IMG/VR virus record: IMGVR_UViG_3300032291_002769 | Span: 1 to 56,244 of that record | Source: a virus | Taxonomy: Duplodnaviria > Caudoviricetes | Direction: 5' to 3' (one strand) | DNA: 56,244 nucleotides | Shown here: positions 54,804 to 56,244 of the stretch, one piece after another | Layout: each line of letters begins with the position of its first letter | How positions within the stretch are numbered: the first letter of the stretch is position 1 | Translations under genes and position numbers: made by a program | Notes under the pieces: model-generated | Database searches by the model: none | What the model was told of the DNA's origin: nothing | What the model saw: the letters and a program-made list of their open reading frames with translations, nothing else

Positions 54804-55542
54804 ATGATTTTATGGAAAACTTTAAAAATGGTTTTGTATTTAAAAGATTAACAAATTTATATTCATCCGTCTCCACATCATAAATCCCGTATCCGTGATT
54901 GTTTACACTCTCCCCAAAGTTTTGTTGTATGCAACTTCCAACCATCACACCTCTCTTACCATTAGGTATATTAAATGTCGCTCGCTTATGTATGTCCCCA
55001 CATAAAACAATATCTAAACCATCAAATTTATCAATATCATATGCGTGGTCACCAAAATCAAATCCAAGATCCGTTTTTAAACCAGAGATTGGTCCGTGAA
55101 ATAGACCGATTTTAATCCCAGTCGCGACATTAATGTCCGGTGGAACGTTTCCTTGAAATTGTGAGTAAACACACCAACTAACATTTTCATCCTCATAAAC
55201 ACCTCTATCCTTATAATATATAATGTTTTTGTTATTCATTGAATTTATAATCGGTGTTAATGTGTCTAATCTATCTAAATTATTTATTACAGCATCATGA
55301 TTTCCAGGTATAATAATTGTTGGTGTAATATAAGAACATTCAGTAAGAACCCATCTAACCATTTCAATAAGTTCTGGTGTTAATTGATTTTTTGAATGTA
55401 CCAAATCACCGGTAAATACAATTCGGTCCGGTTCCATCTCTCTCCATTGTTCAATTGCAGTTTCCAAAATTGATTTATACAAATCGTGATCTTTAAAAAG
55501 ACGAATATGTAAATCAGAAAAGTGTACAAGTTTTTTTATCAT
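54760..55542 (-). CDS. sbcD: SbcD/Mre11/gp47-like nuclease
   Basis: SDLH, TGD, GNHD, FHG, GDIH and GS..QQNFGE motifs. Confidence 0.88.
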   Translation of the reverse strand: MIKKLVHFSDLHIRLFKDHDLYKSILETAIEQWREMEPDRIVFTGDLVHSKNQLTPELIEMVRWVLTECSYITPTIIIPGNHDAVINNLDRLDTLTPIINSMNNKNIIYYKDRGVYEDENVSWCVYSQFQGNVPPDINVATGIKIGLFHGPISGLKTDLGFDFGDHAYDIDKFDGLDIVLCGDIHKRATFNIPNGKRGVMVGSCIQQNFGESVNNHGYGIYDVETDEYKFVNLLNTKPFLKFSIKSFEDIENGTEVLKNF

Positions 55543-55775
55543 TACATTACAATTTTTGGTGGTTTTCCTAAATCATCATACCCATCATCTTTGAATGGAT
55601 TTTTTGGTGTTGGTATTTGAATTGGTATTGTGGTTCTTGAATTTGGAAAAAGTGGGTTAACCTCTTTAACTTCATTCATTTTTTCAATGATTGGTGACAT
55701 AGAGATATGTTCATCTTCTAATCTACCGTGTAAATAACCTTCTAACCAAAAATAAAATTCTTTGTGTGTTAACAT
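55542..55775 (-). CDS. hypothetical protein
   Basis: EF..WL.GY motif. Confidence 0.65.
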   Translation of the reverse strand: MLTHKEFYFWLEGYLHGRLEDEHISMSPIIEKMNEVKEVNPLFPNSRTTIPIQIPTPKNPFKDDGYDDLGKPPKIVM

Positions 55776-55915
55776 AATTCTCTGTTATAAAGATTTACTA
55801 AAATAATTCTTGCAAATCTGAAATCTTTTGTTTTATTTAATTTTAAACCATACGCGTTTGCAATAGTTTTGAGGTGCGGATAAGCCTCACTAATTGTCAT
55901 TTTACCAATTTCCAT
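55769..55915 (-). CDS. small hypothetical protein (not in ORF track)
   Basis: MEIGKMTISEAYPHLKTIANAYGLKLNK... fills the gap. Confidence 0.6.
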   Translation of the reverse strand: MEIGKMTISEAYPHLKTIANAYGLKLNKTKDFRFARIILVNLYNRELC

Positions 55916-55917
55916 AA

Positions 55918-56133
55918 TTAGTCAATAAAAAGTTCAAAATCTTTATTTACGTGTCCACAGTCATTACACATATATGTTGGGAATGGTACTAATGTATCTT
56001 CAGAACTTCCAGTTAATAATTTTGGTACTTTTTTTAACATTGTCACTTCTTTGAAGTACTTTGACTCACATTTTTCACATTTAACAGTTTCTTGTTGTTT
56101 TAAATCAATTCTAGGTTTAATAATATCTTCCAT
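55918..56133 (-). CDS. zinc-ribbon protein
   Basis: CEKC...CNDCGH. Confidence 0.75.
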   Translation of the reverse strand: MEDIIKPRIDLKQQETVKCEKCESKYFKEVTMLKKVPKLLTGSSEDTLVPFPTYMCNDCGHVNKDFELFID

Positions 56134-56244
56134 AATTTTTTTATTTAAATATAGTTTATTTTTTAAGTTTTGTCAATTCTGATTTTATATCCATTTGGAG
56201 TATTGTATCAATTGTATTTTTATCAACTCTATATTCAACAAATT

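Noticed and set aside
42-55099. Short opposite-strand or nested ORFs in the track (e.g. 1967-2254, 11952-12353, 17106-17525, 26832-27131, 29348-29713, 46186-46389, 54286-54744)
   Set aside because: Shadows of well-supported genes, with no promoter motif or recognisable protein pattern.
1-56244. Alternative genetic code (stop-codon recoding as in some large Bacteroidota phages)
   Set aside because: Conserved genes are full length in code 11, coding density is high, and TAG/TGA occur at plausible gene ends (e.g. TAG at 26014 and 48511).
1-56244. tRNA, rRNA or CRISPR array
   Set aside because: No cloverleaf with T-loop consensus and no repeat-spacer periodicity seen; intergenic gaps are short.

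Overview
AT-rich (about 28% GC by eye), gene-dense segment of a large (jumbo-type) dsDNA phage genome in the standard genetic code, with most genes on the minus strand. The host is very probably Bacteroidota: about a dozen TTG/TTTG-N19-20-TAnnTTTG promoters, no Shine-Dalgarno sequences, a Bacteroidota-like sigma-70 and an Hc1-like protein. Recognisable content: a Prs-like plus Nampt-like pair (NARP1-type NAD+ reconstitution), a dispersed RNA end-healing/sealing kit (RNA ligase, PNK-like kinase, phosphoesterase, cyclic-phosphate receiver, HAD), two sigma factors, DnaJ, thioredoxin and glutaredoxin, a lysis-like cluster with an amidase, two tandem C5 methyltransferases, a putative type II R-M pair, SbcCD (gp46/47) and two free-standing homing endonucleases. 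A second promoter class (TATTTAT) marks probable late genes, several of which share an N-terminal MKIII(T/S)ESQ or L-x-E leader. The most striking unexplained element is a ~160-nt RNA directly after a DIP1984-like coiled-coil gene (13414-13860): a 24-bp long-range stem encloses about eight ~7-nt UCAAAA-like repeats, followed by a terminator. Two ORF-less promoter-to-terminator small RNA candidates, apparent leaderless translation and strong CCGG over-representation also stand out. No tRNA, rRNA or CRISPR array was seen. All family calls are motif recognition by eye; no database search was run.
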